This document shows, piece after piece, positions 17,131 to 27,764 of a DNA stretch of 64,000 nt. Source of the stretch: Nannocystis bainbridge. GTDB lineage: Bacteria > Myxococcota_A > Polyangia > Nannocystales > Nannocystaceae. Below the pieces are notes generated by a model that saw only the letters and a list, made by a program, of their open reading frames with translations, was not told the DNA's origin and did no database searches. Positions within the stretch are counted from its first letter, which is position 1; the number at the start of each line of letters is the position of its first letter. The stretch is taken from NCBI RefSeq assembly GCF_028368995.1, contig NZ_JAQNDL010000001.1, forward strand, positions 4,160,001 to 4,224,000, read 5' to 3'. The position numbers and the translations under genes are program-made.

Positions 17131-18294
17131 ATGAAGCTCGTCGACGTGACCGAGTTCTACTCCCAGCGCGGCGGCGGGGTGCGCACGCACCTGACGGAGA
17201 AGGCCGCCGCGGCCGCGCGTCGCGGGCACGAGCACCTGGTCTTCGCGCCTGGTCCGCGCCACGCCGCCGACCCGGGCGTGCGCTACATCCCCGGCCCCTC
17301 GCTGCCGTACGACCCGACCTATCACCTGCTGTGGCGGATCGGCGCGGCCCGGCGGATGCTGCGGGCCGAGCGGCCCGACGTGCTCGAGATCCACTCGCCG
17401 TACGTCGCCGCGATCGCGGCGCTGGGGCTGCGGCCGGGCGAGTTCGGCGTGCGCACCTTCGTCTGGCACTCCGACTTCATCGACACCTACCTGCGCGGCG
17501 GGCTCGAGCGGCGCCTCGCGCTGCTGTTCCGCGGCCGCGCCGCGCGGGCCGCAGATCGCGTCGTCGAGCCGCTGTGGGCCCACGTGCGCCGGATCGCCGA
17601 CGCCTGCGCCATGACCGTCGTCGGCTCGCGCTGGCAGCGGCACAAGCTCGAGCAGCACGGCGTCGCCCGCGTCGAGCACATCCCGTTCGGCATCGAGCCC
17701 GGGCGCTTCGCCCCCGAGCGGCGCAGCGAGGCCCGCCGCCAGGAGCTGCTGGCCGGGCGCGCGGGGCCGCTGATCGTCGCCATCGGCAGGTTCGCCGTCG
17801 AGAAGCGCTGGGACGTGGTCGTCGACGCCTACGCCCGGCTCGCCGAGCGCCACCCCGGGGCGGTGCTGGCGGTGTTCGGCGACGGTCCCGAGAGACATGT
17901 CTTCAAGGACAGGCTCGGCGAGCGCGCCGACGTCCGCGTCCTCGGGTTCGAGCGCGACCGCGACCGCCTGGCGGTGACGCTCGCCAGCGGCGACCTGCTG
18001 CTCCACGGCTGCCCGTTCGAGACCTTCGGCCTCGGGGTCGCCGAGGCGATCGCCAGCGGCCTGCCGGTGGTGGTGCCCGACGCCGGCGGCGCGTCCGAGC
18101 AGGCGCCCCCCGAGAGCGCGGCGCAGTACTCCGCCGGAGACGTGGACGCCTGCGTGGCCGCCGCGGAGGCGCTGCTGGCCGTCGACCCGGCCGAGCTGCG
18201 GGCCCGCGCCGCCACGGCGGCCCGCCGGGTCCCCAGCGTCGTCGATCACTTCGACGCCCTGTTCGGCCGCTACCGCGAGCTGCTCGCGCGTTGA
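17131..18294 (+). CDS. GT4 glycosyltransferase
   Basis: FYSQRGGGVRT, IGRFAVEKR, FGDGP, ETFGLGVAEAIASGLPVV. Confidence 0.9.
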   Translation: MKLVDVTEFYSQRGGGVRTHLTEKAAAAARRGHEHLVFAPGPRHAADPGVRYIPGPSLPYDPTYHLLWRIGAARRMLRAERPDVLEIHSPYVAAIAALGLRPGEFGVRTFVWHSDFIDTYLRGGLERRLALLFRGRAARAADRVVEPLWAHVRRIADACAMTVVGSRWQRHKLEQHGVARVEHIPFGIEPGRFAPERRSEARRQELLAGRAGPLIVAIGRFAVEKRWDVVVDAYARLAERHPGAVLAVFGDGPERHVFKDRLGERADVRVLGFERDRDRLAVTLASGDLLLHGCPFETFGLGVAEAIASGLPVVVPDAGGASEQAPPESAAQYSAGDVDACVAAAEALLAVDPAELRARAATAARRVPSVVDHFDALFGRYRELLAR

Positions 18295-18329
18295 TTGCGA
18301 GCGCCCGCCCGGCGTGACAGCATCCGCGC

Positions 18330-19082
18330 GTGCCGGTCCACGTATCGATCCACGACGTCACCCCCGCCTGGGCCGCGGAGGTCGACGCTGCCTTGCATGC
18401 GTGCGCCGAGGTCGGCATCAAGCCTGGCCTTTTGGTCATCCCGAATTATCACGGCGCCTGGCCGCTCGACGACCACCCCGACTACGCCGAGCGCCTGCGC
18501 GGGTGGCAGGCCGCGGGCCACGAGATCTTCCTCCACGGCTACTACCACCTGACCGGCGCCGGTCCGCGCACCGCGGCTGCGACCGGTCACGCGGCGCCTC
18601 GCGGGCTGCGGCGGCTGTGGGCCCAGAAGGTCGTGTCGGGCGGCGAGGCCGAGTTCAGCGACGTGGGCGAGGCCGAGGCGCGTCGCCGCCTCGACGACGG
18701 CGAGGCCGTGCTGCGCCGCGCCGGCCTCGAGCAGCTCGACGGCTTCATCGCCCCCGCCTGGTCGATGCCGCCGTGGATGCACGCCGTCCTGCGCGAACGC
18801 GGCTACCGCTACACCGAAGACCACCTGCACGTGTACGACCCGGCCACGGGCACCCGGCGCGCCAGCCTGGTCCTCAACTACGCCAGCCGCACGCCGGCGC
18901 GGCTGTGGTCGAGCCTCCTTTATTGCCGGCTCGCCCGTCCGGCCCGGCGATTTTTACCCACGCGCGTGGCGATCCACCCGGCCGACATGCGCCACGCCGT
19001 GCTGCGCAAGGAGATCCACGACCTCCTCCGCTGGGCCGTCGGCGACGCCGTCGTGCCCGCGCGCGCCCTCGTCGAGGCCTGA
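18330..19082 (+). CDS. Polysaccharide deacetylase-like protein (DUF2334 type)
   Basis: VSIHDVTP, LHGYYH, EAEF, GFIAPAW, RVAIHP.D. Confidence 0.85.
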   Translation: MPVHVSIHDVTPAWAAEVDAALHACAEVGIKPGLLVIPNYHGAWPLDDHPDYAERLRGWQAAGHEIFLHGYYHLTGAGPRTAAATGHAAPRGLRRLWAQKVVSGGEAEFSDVGEAEARRRLDDGEAVLRRAGLEQLDGFIAPAWSMPPWMHAVLRERGYRYTEDHLHVYDPATGTRRASLVLNYASRTPARLWSSLLYCRLARPARRFLPTRVAIHPADMRHAVLRKEIHDLLRWAVGDAVVPARALVEA

Positions 19083-19085
19083 GCC

Positions 19086-20075
19086 ATGGCCCGGATCAGC
19101 CTCGTCGTGCACGGCCGCGGTCGCGGTCACGCCAGCCGGGCCGTCGCCTGCGCCCACGCCCTGCGCGACGCCGGTCACGCCCTCCACGTGTTCGCCGGCG
19201 GCGACGCGGAACATGCCCTCAAGGACATGTCCGAAGTGACATCCATCCCGATCGTCCGGCCCGGCCTCGGCGCCGCGACGGGGTGGTTGCGGCGGCTGGC
19301 GAGCGACGCCGAGCGGTTCGCCGCCGCGGCGCCGGAGTGCATCGTCAGCGACGGCGATCAGCCCAGCCTCGTGGTCGCGCGCCGGCGCCGGATCGGCAGC
19401 GTCGCCGTCGATCACGGCCTCGCCCTCACCCACGGCCGCCTGCCGATCCGCCCGCCCGCGTGGATGCGGCTGTACGAGCGGCTCAACAACGCCCCGCTGG
19501 CGCTGGGCGGCCGCCTCGTCGCCGTCCATTTCCTGCCGTTCGTGGCCACCGATTCGCGCGTCGCCGTCGCCCGGCCCGACCTGCGCGACGACCTGCGCGG
19601 GCCCGTCACGCGCGAGGGCTTCTTGCTGGCCTACTTCCGCGACGACAACGGCCGCGACGCCCTCGCCCTCGCCCTCGCCGCTGGCGCCGATATCGTCTGC
19701 TTCGGCGAGCGCGACCCGCAGCTGCCCGGCTTGCGGTTTCATCGCTCGGACCGCGCCGGCTTCGCCGACCACCTGCGGCGCTGCGACGGCGTCATCACCT
19801 CGGCCGGCAGCAACGTGCTGGCCGAGTGCGTCATGCTGCGCAAGCCGGCCCTGGCGCTGCACCACCGCGGCGACGCCGAGCAGGCCCTCAACGCCCGGCT
19901 CGCCGAGCACGCCGGCGTCGCGCTCGGGCGCAGCTTCGAGGACCTGCGGGCGCGGGACGTCGGTGAGTTTTTGACCCGGGTGCGCGGCGGTGAGTTCGCC
20001 GCGCCCGACCTCATGACCGCCATGCCGCCGGTGTCCGAGGTGGTCGTCAGCGCCGTCGCGGCGCTCCTGGTATAA
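19086..20075 (+). CDS. GT-B glycosyltransferase (MJ1255/VC2487-like)
   Basis: VHGRGRGHASR, VITSAG..VLAE, EQALNA. Confidence 0.8.
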   Translation: MARISLVVHGRGRGHASRAVACAHALRDAGHALHVFAGGDAEHALKDMSEVTSIPIVRPGLGAATGWLRRLASDAERFAAAAPECIVSDGDQPSLVVARRRRIGSVAVDHGLALTHGRLPIRPPAWMRLYERLNNAPLALGGRLVAVHFLPFVATDSRVAVARPDLRDDLRGPVTREGFLLAYFRDDNGRDALALALAAGADIVCFGERDPQLPGLRFHRSDRAGFADHLRRCDGVITSAGSNVLAECVMLRKPALALHHRGDAEQALNARLAEHAGVALGRSFEDLRARDVGEFLTRVRGGEFAAPDLMTAMPPVSEVVVSAVAALLV

Positions 20076-20086
20076 GGCCCACGCGC

Positions 20087-22759
20087 ATGTCCGACCTGCC
20101 CCGCGCCACCGGCCTCGCCGCGCTCGTCGTGCGCCGCCCGCTGGCGATCGTCGTCATCGCGCTGATCCTCGGCGTGCTCGGTTACTTCGGCACGCGTCGG
20201 CTCGGCATCGACCAGGAGCTGCGCGCGCTGCTGCCCGACGACGCGCCCAGCGTCACGCGCCTCGACGCCGTCAGCGATCGGCTCGGCAATCAGTCCGACC
20301 TCTACGTCACGATCCGCGGCCCCTCGCGCGAGGCCAACCTCGCGCTCGGGGCCGCGATCGCCGACGACCTCGCCGGGCGCGACGACATCCGCTACGTCCT
20401 GTTCCGCCGCGACCCCGCGTTCTTCCGCGATCACCTGCTGTTCTACGCCGGGCTGCAGGACCTGCTCGACCTGCGGCAGCGGGTCATCGACGCGATCCAG
20501 ACCCGCGTCCGCCGCGAGCTCAGCATGTTCCCCGAGGATCGGGCCGCGGGCGCCGGCGACGACGATCTCGACCTCGACGAGAAGGCCCTGCGCGAGCGCT
20601 ACGGCCTCGACAGTGAACCCTCGGAGTACTTCGAGCGCGACGAGGGCCGGCTGGTCGTCGTGCGCGCGCGGCCGACCCGGGCCAACACCGACATCTCGTT
20701 CGCGCGCGGGCTCTCGCGCGAGCTCAAGGCCGCGATCGACGGCCTCGAACCCAGGCGCTACCACCCCGACATCGAGGTCACGATCGACGGCAGCTACGCC
20801 GAGCACACCGCTCAGGCCAGCAGCCTCGAGCGCGACATCATCTCCGGCACCGCGTTCGCGTTCGGCCTGCTCCTGCTGGTGGTGGCGATCTACTTCCGCG
20901 GCCTGCGGGCGGTGCCGCTGGTGCTCGTGCCGCTGCTGGTCGCCGTGGTCACGACGCTGGCGATCGGCTGGGTCTTCTACCGCGAGCTCAACCTCGTCAG
21001 CGCCTTCATCTTCGCCGTCACGCTCGGCCTCGGCATCGACTTCGGCACCCACATCCTCTCGCGTTACCGCGACGAGCGGCGCCGCGGCCTCGATCAGCTC
21101 CAGGCGATCTCGACCACCATCGCCACCACCGGCGTCTCGACCGCCGGCGGCGCGATGAGCACCGCGTTCGCGTTCCTGTTCCTGGTCCTGGCCGAGTTCC
21201 GCGGCTTCTCGCAGTTCGGGGTGATCGGCAGCCTCGGCATCATGATCGCCTTTGTCGCCGCGCTGGTGGTCCTGCCCGCGCTGGTGCTGGTGCTCGACCG
21301 CGTGGTCCCCTGGCGCGTGCCGGCGCCGACGGCCAGCACGGCCCCGGGCGCCCGGTACATCCCACGCCGGTTCCCCTGGCTGGCTCTCGGGACAGTTTTG
21401 GTGTGCCTCGGCGGCGGCGTCTACGGCGTCACCCTGCTGCCGCAGATCGGCTTCGAATACAACCTCAGCAAGCTGGGTCCGCCCGACCGCACCAGCCCCG
21501 AGGAGCAGCAGCGGGCCAACCAGTACCGCGACGCCGTCGGCCGCACGCAGTCGAGCGACCCGACGATCGTGCTGACCGACAACCTCGCCCACACCGAGGC
21601 CGTCAACCGCCAGCTGCAAGCGATCCTCGACCTCGAGCCGGAGCAGATCGCCGAGATCACGGGCCTGGAGCCGTACGCCGACACCCCGCGCAAGCCGAAG
21701 CCCGAGCCGAAGCCCGCGCCGGCGCCGAAGCCCGCCGCGGACGAGGACGACGAGGACGACGAAGCAATCGAGCCCGACGATGCGAAGTTCGTCCGCCTCG
21801 CCGAGCTCGCGCGCGCCCACGGCACGGTCGACCCTGCGGTGCGCGAGCAGCTGAAGCAGTACCCGCCCGAGCGCCTGCGCGAGATGGACGACCTGCTGAG
21901 CAGCGTGCTGTCGATCTACACCTTCGTGCCCGAGCTGCAGGCCGAGAAGCTCGAGATCATCCGCGACATCCGCACGCGCATTGACAACAAGCGCGGCTCG
22001 TTCTCCGCCGCCGAGCTCGAGAAGTTGAAGTCGTGGGAGCGCTACCTGCAGGTCGACGCGCCGATCGGCCCGGAAGACCTGCCGCAGTGGGTCAAGGTCC
22101 AGTTCACCGACATGCACGGCGAGCTCGGGCGGTTCGTCGCCTGCTGGCAGCGCGGGCCCAAGTCCGAGTACGCCCACGCCAAGCGGATCCACGACGCCTT
22201 CGACACCATCGAGACGCCGCTGGGCCCCGCGCCCGCGGTCGGCTCGCACTTCGTCGTGCCCGAGGTCGTCGACGCCATCCGCGGCGACGGCCCGCTGGTG
22301 ATGACCGCCGTGTTCGGCGTGCTGACCGTCACCGCGCTGGTGATGTTCCGCAGCGTCGCCCACGCGGCGATCGTGCTCGCGACCGTCGGCTCGGCGCTCG
22401 GCTGGCTGGCCGGGGTGTTCGTGGCGATGGGCTGGACGCTCAACCTGTTCAACCTGGTCGCGTTGCCGCTGCTCGTCGGCATGGGCCAGGACGACTCGCT
22501 GCACATCATCCACCGCTTCCGCGAGGAGGGCCCCGGCCGGCTGGCGCACACCATGCGCGAGACCGGCGGCGCCGTGGCCCTCACCACCGTCACCACCGTC
22601 ATCGGCTTCTCGAGCATGCTGTTCGTCGACCACATCGGCGTGCGCTCGCTCGGCTGGACCGCCGTCGTCGGCATGACCTTCTGCCTGCTCGCGTCGCTCA
22701 CGCTCGTGCCCGCTTGCCTGCGCCTCGGCGAGTGGTCGCGGGTCCGGCGCGGCGAATGA
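20087..22759 (+). CDS. MMPL/RND-family transporter
   Basis: Two TM repeats with LGLGIDFGTH and VGMGQDDSLH motifs; large extracytoplasmic loops. Confidence 0.9.
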   Translation: MSDLPRATGLAALVVRRPLAIVVIALILGVLGYFGTRRLGIDQELRALLPDDAPSVTRLDAVSDRLGNQSDLYVTIRGPSREANLALGAAIADDLAGRDDIRYVLFRRDPAFFRDHLLFYAGLQDLLDLRQRVIDAIQTRVRRELSMFPEDRAAGAGDDDLDLDEKALRERYGLDSEPSEYFERDEGRLVVVRARPTRANTDISFARGLSRELKAAIDGLEPRRYHPDIEVTIDGSYAEHTAQASSLERDIISGTAFAFGLLLLVVAIYFRGLRAVPLVLVPLLVAVVTTLAIGWVFYRELNLVSAFIFAVTLGLGIDFGTHILSRYRDERRRGLDQLQAISTTIATTGVSTAGGAMSTAFAFLFLVLAEFRGFSQFGVIGSLGIMIAFVAALVVLPALVLVLDRVVPWRVPAPTASTAPGARYIPRRFPWLALGTVLVCLGGGVYGVTLLPQIGFEYNLSKLGPPDRTSPEEQQRANQYRDAVGRTQSSDPTIVLTDNLAHTEAVNRQLQAILDLEPEQIAEITGLEPYADTPRKPKPEPKPAPAPKPAADEDDEDDEAIEPDDAKFVRLAELARAHGTVDPAVREQLKQYPPERLREMDDLLSSVLSIYTFVPELQAEKLEIIRDIRTRIDNKRGSFSAAELEKLKSWERYLQVDAPIGPEDLPQWVKVQFTDMHGELGRFVACWQRGPKSEYAHAKRIHDAFDTIETPLGPAPAVGSHFVVPEVVDAIRGDGPLVMTAVFGVLTVTALVMFRSVAHAAIVLATVGSALGWLAGVFVAMGWTLNLFNLVALPLLVGMGQDDSLHIIHRFREEGPGRLAHTMRETGGAVALTTVTTVIGFSSMLFVDHIGVRSLGWTAVVGMTFCLLASLTLVPACLRLGEWSRVRRGE

Positions 22760-22935
22760 GAGGTCCCTTTCGACATGTCCCAAACGCCAGATGACCGCCC
22801 GGCGCCGCGCCCCGCCGTCCCGCCGGCCGCCGCCGCACCGGCCGCGCGTCCGCGCGAAGCGCTGCATGATTTGGTCGCGCGCGCAAGCGCGCACACTGGC
22901 CCGCTGTGGGGCAAAGCCGCTACATTGAGGGCAGC

Positions 22936-24096
22936 ATGCGGATCGCCCTCGTGATGGCCGGCGGCGGCGGCTCGCGGCTCTGGCCCGCCTCGACCCCGGA
23001 GCGGCCCAAGCAGTTCATGGCCCTGCGCGACGACAGGCGACAGAGCCTGCTCGCGGCCGCGGTCGATCGCGCGGCGGCGGTCGCGGGCGCCGACTGCACC
23101 TTCCTCGTCACCACCCACGGCCTGACCGCCGCCGTCCGCGCCGCGGCGCCGCAGCTCGGGCCCGAGCAGGTGATCGAAGAGCCGTGCCCGCGCAGCACCG
23201 CGCCATGCGTGGCGCTGTCGCTGGTGCACATCGTCGAGCGGCTGCGCGCGCGCGGCTGGTCCGAAGCACAGATCGACGAGACCGCGCTGATGGTGCTGCC
23301 GTCCGACCATCACGTCGGCGATGAGGACCGCTTCGCCGACCTGCTCGCGCGCGCCTGCGACTGCGCGGCGGAGACCCGCGACGTGGTCGTGCTCGGCGTC
23401 ACGCCGACGCGGCCCGAGACCGGCTACGGCTACATCGAGCGCGACCGCGTGCCGCAGACCTCGCCGTGCGACACCGCCTGCGCCACGCTGACCCTCTACT
23501 CGGCGGTGCGCTTCGTCGAGAAGCCGAACCTCGCCCGCGCGCGCGAGTTCCTGGCCAGCGGCCGGTTCCTGTGGAACGCCGGCGTGTGCATCACGCCCAT
23601 CGGTCGCCTGCTCGCCGAGTACCAGCGCCACGCGCCGACGCTGTGGCAGGCGTTCGCGCCGGTGATCGCCGCCCTGCGCGAGGGCGAGGCCGAGCTGGCC
23701 CGCACGCGCACCGCCGCCGCCTATGCGTCGATCCAGCCGGCCTCGATCGACGTGGCGATCCTCGAGCAGCTCGCCGACCTGCGGGTCGCCGCCAGTGATG
23801 TCGCGTGGACCGACCTCGGCTCGTGGGCGGCCATCCGCGAGGCCCTGCCGCGCGACGCCGACGGCTTCGCCGTGCACGCCGAGAACGGCGCAGCCGTCCA
23901 CGTGGTCGACGGCCACGACGGCCTGGTGTGGACCGACGGCGCCGACGTGGCGATCGTCGGCCTCGACGGCATCGCGGTGATCTCCGCCGGTGGACGGATC
24001 CTCGTGTGCCCGCTCGAGCGCGCCCAGGAGGTCCGCGCCGCCGCCGAGGCCGCCGCCCGACACGCCGCCCAGCCGCGCGACAAGCCCGAAGACTGA
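22936..24096 (+). CDS. manC: Mannose-1-phosphate guanylyltransferase
   Basis: MAGGGGSRLWPAS...PKQF, PSDH, PETGYGYI, FVEKP, WNAG, SIDVAILE, WTDLGSW. Confidence 0.9.
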   Translation: MRIALVMAGGGGSRLWPASTPERPKQFMALRDDRRQSLLAAAVDRAAAVAGADCTFLVTTHGLTAAVRAAAPQLGPEQVIEEPCPRSTAPCVALSLVHIVERLRARGWSEAQIDETALMVLPSDHHVGDEDRFADLLARACDCAAETRDVVVLGVTPTRPETGYGYIERDRVPQTSPCDTACATLTLYSAVRFVEKPNLARAREFLASGRFLWNAGVCITPIGRLLAEYQRHAPTLWQAFAPVIAALREGEAELARTRTAAAYASIQPASIDVAILEQLADLRVAASDVAWTDLGSWAAIREALPRDADGFAVHAENGAAVHVVDGHDGLVWTDGADVAIVGLDGIAVISAGGRILVCPLERAQEVRAAAEAAARHAAQPRDKPED

Positions 24097-24098
24097 GC

Positions 24099-24228
24099 TG
24101 TCCCGAAGGACAGCTTATTCGATGATTGGCTGTCTCGCGGGACAGTCAGCTTCTCCCGAGCGACGCCCCTGCTGTCCTGAGGGACATGTGAGGTCCAGAA
24201 CCCTCCCTGAGATGTCCCGAGAGACAGC
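24099..24228. repeat. Cluster of four spaced 14-mer units downstream of manC
   Basis: TGTCCCGAAGGACA, TGTCTCGCGGGACA, TGTCCTGAGGGACA, TGTCCCGAGAGACA. Confidence 0.8.
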
Positions 24229-24445
24229 CCTCCGCGGAGCGGCGCCCCTGCTGTCCTGAACGACACGACCATCCCGAGCCGACAGGCGATAGCCTCCTGT
24301 CAGCGCCCACCACGTCGGCGATCCACATCCCGCGACGGATCGCCGCAGACCCTCCGCTCGGCCCGTCTCTGCCGCCATGCCGCGCGAGGCCTCGCACACC
24401 GGCGCGCCTGGGCCGGGCCTGGCGCTTCGATCATACTCGCCGCAC

Positions 24446-25852
24446 GTGACGAGCACCGAGCCCAGCACTCGCGCCACGCCGCCGCCGTGGCTGCAGCGTG
24501 TGGCCATCCTCAACGACTACGCGCGGGTCCCCTACGCCAACGGCTCCTCGTTCGCCTCGCAGATGCTGCGGCGCGAGTTCGCCGCGCGCGGGCAGGAGGT
24601 CACCGTCATCGGCCCGAACGACCCGCACGCGCGGCCCGACCAGCTGCCGCCGCGGCGGATCTTGCTGCCCTCGCTGCCGCTGCGCAATCACCCGGGGGTG
24701 TACATGCCGTTCCCCTCGGCGCGCAGCTTCCGGGCCGCGGCCGCGGCCAAATTCGACTTCGTGCTCAGCCAGAGCAACCACGATCTGTGCGACCTCGGCG
24801 TGTGGCTGCGGTTCAAGCACGACGTGCCGCTGCTGTGCGTCAACACCCTGCACCTGCCGAGCGTCTACGGCGTGGTCCTGTCCGATCGCATGCGCAAGAA
24901 CCGGACCATCAACGGCCTGTTCCAGGACCGCTTGATGCCGTGGCTCGAGCATCACTCCGCCGAGGTCTACAACCTCGGCGACGGCCTCATCGTCCTCGCC
25001 GAGGGCCTCGTCGACTACTGGCGGGAGCGCGGCGTGACCGTGCCGATCCACGTGATCCCGCGGGCCGTCGCCCCGCACATCTTCGACGCCCCGGTCGGCG
25101 ACGACCCGTTCCCCGCCAGCGCGCCCGCCGGTCAGCGGCTCCTCGTGGTCTGTCGTCACTCGCGCGAGAAGGGCGTCGAGCGGCTGCTCAAGCTGTTCGC
25201 CCGCCACGTCGCCCCCGCGTGCCCGCAGGCGACGCTGACCCTCGTCGGCGACGGCCCCGACCACGACGCCTTCCGCGCCCTCGCCGAGCGCCTCGGACTC
25301 GGGGGCCGCGCGCAGTTCGTCGGCGAGGTGCCCGTCACCGAGGTCCCGAACTACTACCGGCACGCCGACCTGTTCGTCTACACATCGCTGTCCGAGACCT
25401 ACGGCCAGGTCGTCAGCGAGGCGATGTGGTGCGGGCTCGCGGCGGTGGCGTTCGCCGACGGCATGGGCGTGTCGCAGCAGATCCGCGACGGCCGCGACGG
25501 CTGGCTCGTCGAGCCCGGGCCCGACGCCGACGCCGCCGACGCCGAGTTCGGCGCCCGCGTGGTCGCCCTGCTGCGCGACGAGGCTGCCCTTCGGGGCATG
25601 TCCGAAGAGGCAGCCCGGCACGCCCGCGAGCGCGCCGACCCGGACCGCAGCATCGCCCGCTACTACGCCGCCTTCGAGGCCGCCCGCGAGCACTGCCGCA
25701 GCACCGCCGCCGAGCGCCGGACCCAGGGCCTGAACACGCCGCGGCTGATCTCCCGCTGGCTCGCCGTCCACGGGGCCGTCGTCGGCCTCAGCGCCCTGCG
25801 CCCGCCCGCCCTGCTCAACCGCAACGGCGGCGAGCAGCCGGCGTGGAGCTAG
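24446..25852 (+). CDS. GT4 glycosyltransferase
   Basis: RHSREKG, VGDGP, DLFVYTSLSETYGQVVSEAMWCG; start uncertain. Confidence 0.85.
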   Translation: MTSTEPSTRATPPPWLQRVAILNDYARVPYANGSSFASQMLRREFAARGQEVTVIGPNDPHARPDQLPPRRILLPSLPLRNHPGVYMPFPSARSFRAAAAAKFDFVLSQSNHDLCDLGVWLRFKHDVPLLCVNTLHLPSVYGVVLSDRMRKNRTINGLFQDRLMPWLEHHSAEVYNLGDGLIVLAEGLVDYWRERGVTVPIHVIPRAVAPHIFDAPVGDDPFPASAPAGQRLLVVCRHSREKGVERLLKLFARHVAPACPQATLTLVGDGPDHDAFRALAERLGLGGRAQFVGEVPVTEVPNYYRHADLFVYTSLSETYGQVVSEAMWCGLAAVAFADGMGVSQQIRDGRDGWLVEPGPDADAADAEFGARVVALLRDEAALRGMSEEAARHARERADPDRSIARYYAAFEAAREHCRSTAAERRTQGLNTPRLISRWLAVHGAVVGLSALRPPALLNRNGGEQPAWS

Positions 25853-25897
25853 CTCGCGCGGCCGGCCGACGCGCCCGCGCGGCGAACCTCGAGGACA

Positions 25898-25953
25898 TGT
25901 TCATTAGGGCATGATCCCGGGGACATGTCCGATTCGACATGTCCCCGGAGCCC
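25898..25953. repeat. 14-bp-period tandem array x4 between convergent genes
   Basis: TGTTCATTAGGGCA TGATCCCGGGGACA TGTCCGATTCGACA TGTCCCCGGAGCCC. Confidence 0.8.
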
Positions 25954-25958
25954 GCCGC

Positions 25959-27305
25959 TCAGCCCTGCGCGTGGGCCAGAGCGATGTCGAGGTAGGGCTG
26001 GATCAGCCCTAGCACGTGCCCGCGGGCGCGGACACGGCGGAGGTTGCCGTAGTGCCCGGCGATCGCCCGGTCGACGAAGATGATCTCGCGCGGCGGCTGG
26101 AACGACGCCATGCGCTTGAGGGCGGCCGGGATCATGCGGATCACGTCGTCGTGCAGGGTCGCGCGGGCGTAGTCGAACGGCTCGCCGGTGAGGAACGGCA
26201 GCGCCAGGATGTCGCGCCACTGCTTGTAAAAGGCCGGCTCGACCGGCGGCCCGTCGGGGTTGCGCACCCCGAGCGCGCGCAGGGCCTCGTCGACGCCGTC
26301 CCAGTCCTCGGCGATCCCGCAGCGGATCGTCCTGGCGTAGGCCGCGGCGATCTCGGGCGGGACCTGCTTCACGCAGCCGAAGTCGTAGAGCACGACGTCG
26401 CCGTTCGGGCGGAACGCCAGGTTGCCGGGGTTGGGATCGGCGTGGATCAGCCGGTGCTCGAACAGCTGGGCCGCCAGCGCGCCGAACAGGTTCTCGCCGA
26501 TCCGGTCGCGCACCGCCTGCGAGTAGCCGCGGGCGTCGAGCTCCTCGATGCGGTCCCCTGGCTCGAAGGTCAGGGTCAGCACCCGCTGCGACGAGCGCTC
26601 GCCGACCACCTCGGGCACGATCACGTGGTCGTCGCCGCGGTGGATCTCGCCGAAGCGGCGGACGTTGTCGGCCTCGTTGCAGTAGTCGAGCTCCTCGACC
26701 AGGCGGGCGCGGATCTCGGCGAACACATCGTCCAGGCTCTGCTGCTTGACGTCGGCGAGGCCGGCCGCGCGCTTGACGAAGCCGCCGGCCTTGAGGGCGA
26801 ACTTGAGCTGCGCCAGGTCGGAGTCGACGGCGCCGTCGACGCCCGGGTACTGCACCTTGACCACGACCTCGCGGCCGTCGTCGGTGGTCGCGCGGTGGAC
26901 CTGGCCGATCGAGGCCGCCGCGAACGGCTCGACCTCGAAGCGCCTGAACAGCACCTCCGGCGCCGCGCCGAGCTCGCTCTCGATCTGGCGGGCGATCACC
27001 GCGAAGTCGACCGGCGGCGCCTCCCGCTGCAGCGAGCGCAGCGCCTCGGACAGCTCCTTCGGCAACAGGTCACCGGCGATCGACGCCATCTGCCCGACCT
27101 TCATCACCGCGCCCTTGAGCTCGCCGAGGGTCCGGGCGATGCGCCCGCCGTTGAGCTCGTGGGCGGCGTTGCGGTCGCGCTCGGCGTCCTCGTCCGACTG
27201 GAACATCCCCTTGATCCGCGTCTTCGCGTAGCTGCCCGCGACCTGTGCGGTCATGCCGGCGAGCTTGAAGAAGCGCCTCCCCTTGGTGACCGGGCCCTCG
27301 TTCAT
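25959..27305 (-). CDS. ABC1/AarF/UbiB atypical kinase
   Basis: LKGAVMKVGQ, PFAAASIGQVH, VKVQYPG, HADPNPGN, YDFG. Confidence 0.92.
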   Translation of the reverse strand: MNEGPVTKGRRFFKLAGMTAQVAGSYAKTRIKGMFQSDEDAERDRNAAHELNGGRIARTLGELKGAVMKVGQMASIAGDLLPKELSEALRSLQREAPPVDFAVIARQIESELGAAPEVLFRRFEVEPFAAASIGQVHRATTDDGREVVVKVQYPGVDGAVDSDLAQLKFALKAGGFVKRAAGLADVKQQSLDDVFAEIRARLVEELDYCNEADNVRRFGEIHRGDDHVIVPEVVGERSSQRVLTLTFEPGDRIEELDARGYSQAVRDRIGENLFGALAAQLFEHRLIHADPNPGNLAFRPNGDVVLYDFGCVKQVPPEIAAAYARTIRCGIAEDWDGVDEALRALGVRNPDGPPVEPAFYKQWRDILALPFLTGEPFDYARATLHDDVIRMIPAALKRMASFQPPREIIFVDRAIAGHYGNLRRVRARGHVLGLIQPYLDIALAHAQG

Positions 27306-27764
27306 CGCCGCTCGCTCCGTCCTGACTCTGCCCGCCCGCCCGGGCTCGCGCAAGCCCACGCGCCCGCGCGTCGCAGCTCCTCGGCCGCGAGGCCCCGTCG
27401 CCGCCGGAGCGTGACTCGCCCGCGACCGGCGGAGCTGACGCAGCTGTCCTTCGGGACATGCTCGACGCCAGCGCGTCACATGTCCCGTGGGACATGTTCC
27501 TACGGGCACCTCCGGGCCCGGCCCCGCGAGCTCGCGGCCAGGGAGTGATTACCCTCGTCCCGGTGTGCGCTGGCTCGCGGCCGCGACCCGGGGCGGCCCG
27601 CGACGCGGCGCCTGGAACGCTGCGGGGATCGGTCGGTGGCGGCGAAACCGGGCGGGACCGCCGCCGGGGCCCGGGCCCGGGGCCTCGCGGGGCCGCCACG
27701 GGCCTTGCGAGCGGCCCGCGCCGCCCGGCCCCGCGAGCCTGTAGGATGAGCGACGGAGCCGACC

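Noticed and set aside
19739-22894. Very long antisense ORFs (e.g. 1051 aa here, 1023 aa at 39778-42849, 783 aa at 49970-52321)
   Set aside because: Shadow ORFs opposite well-supported genes; expected from stop-codon scarcity in high-GC DNA; no recognisable motifs.
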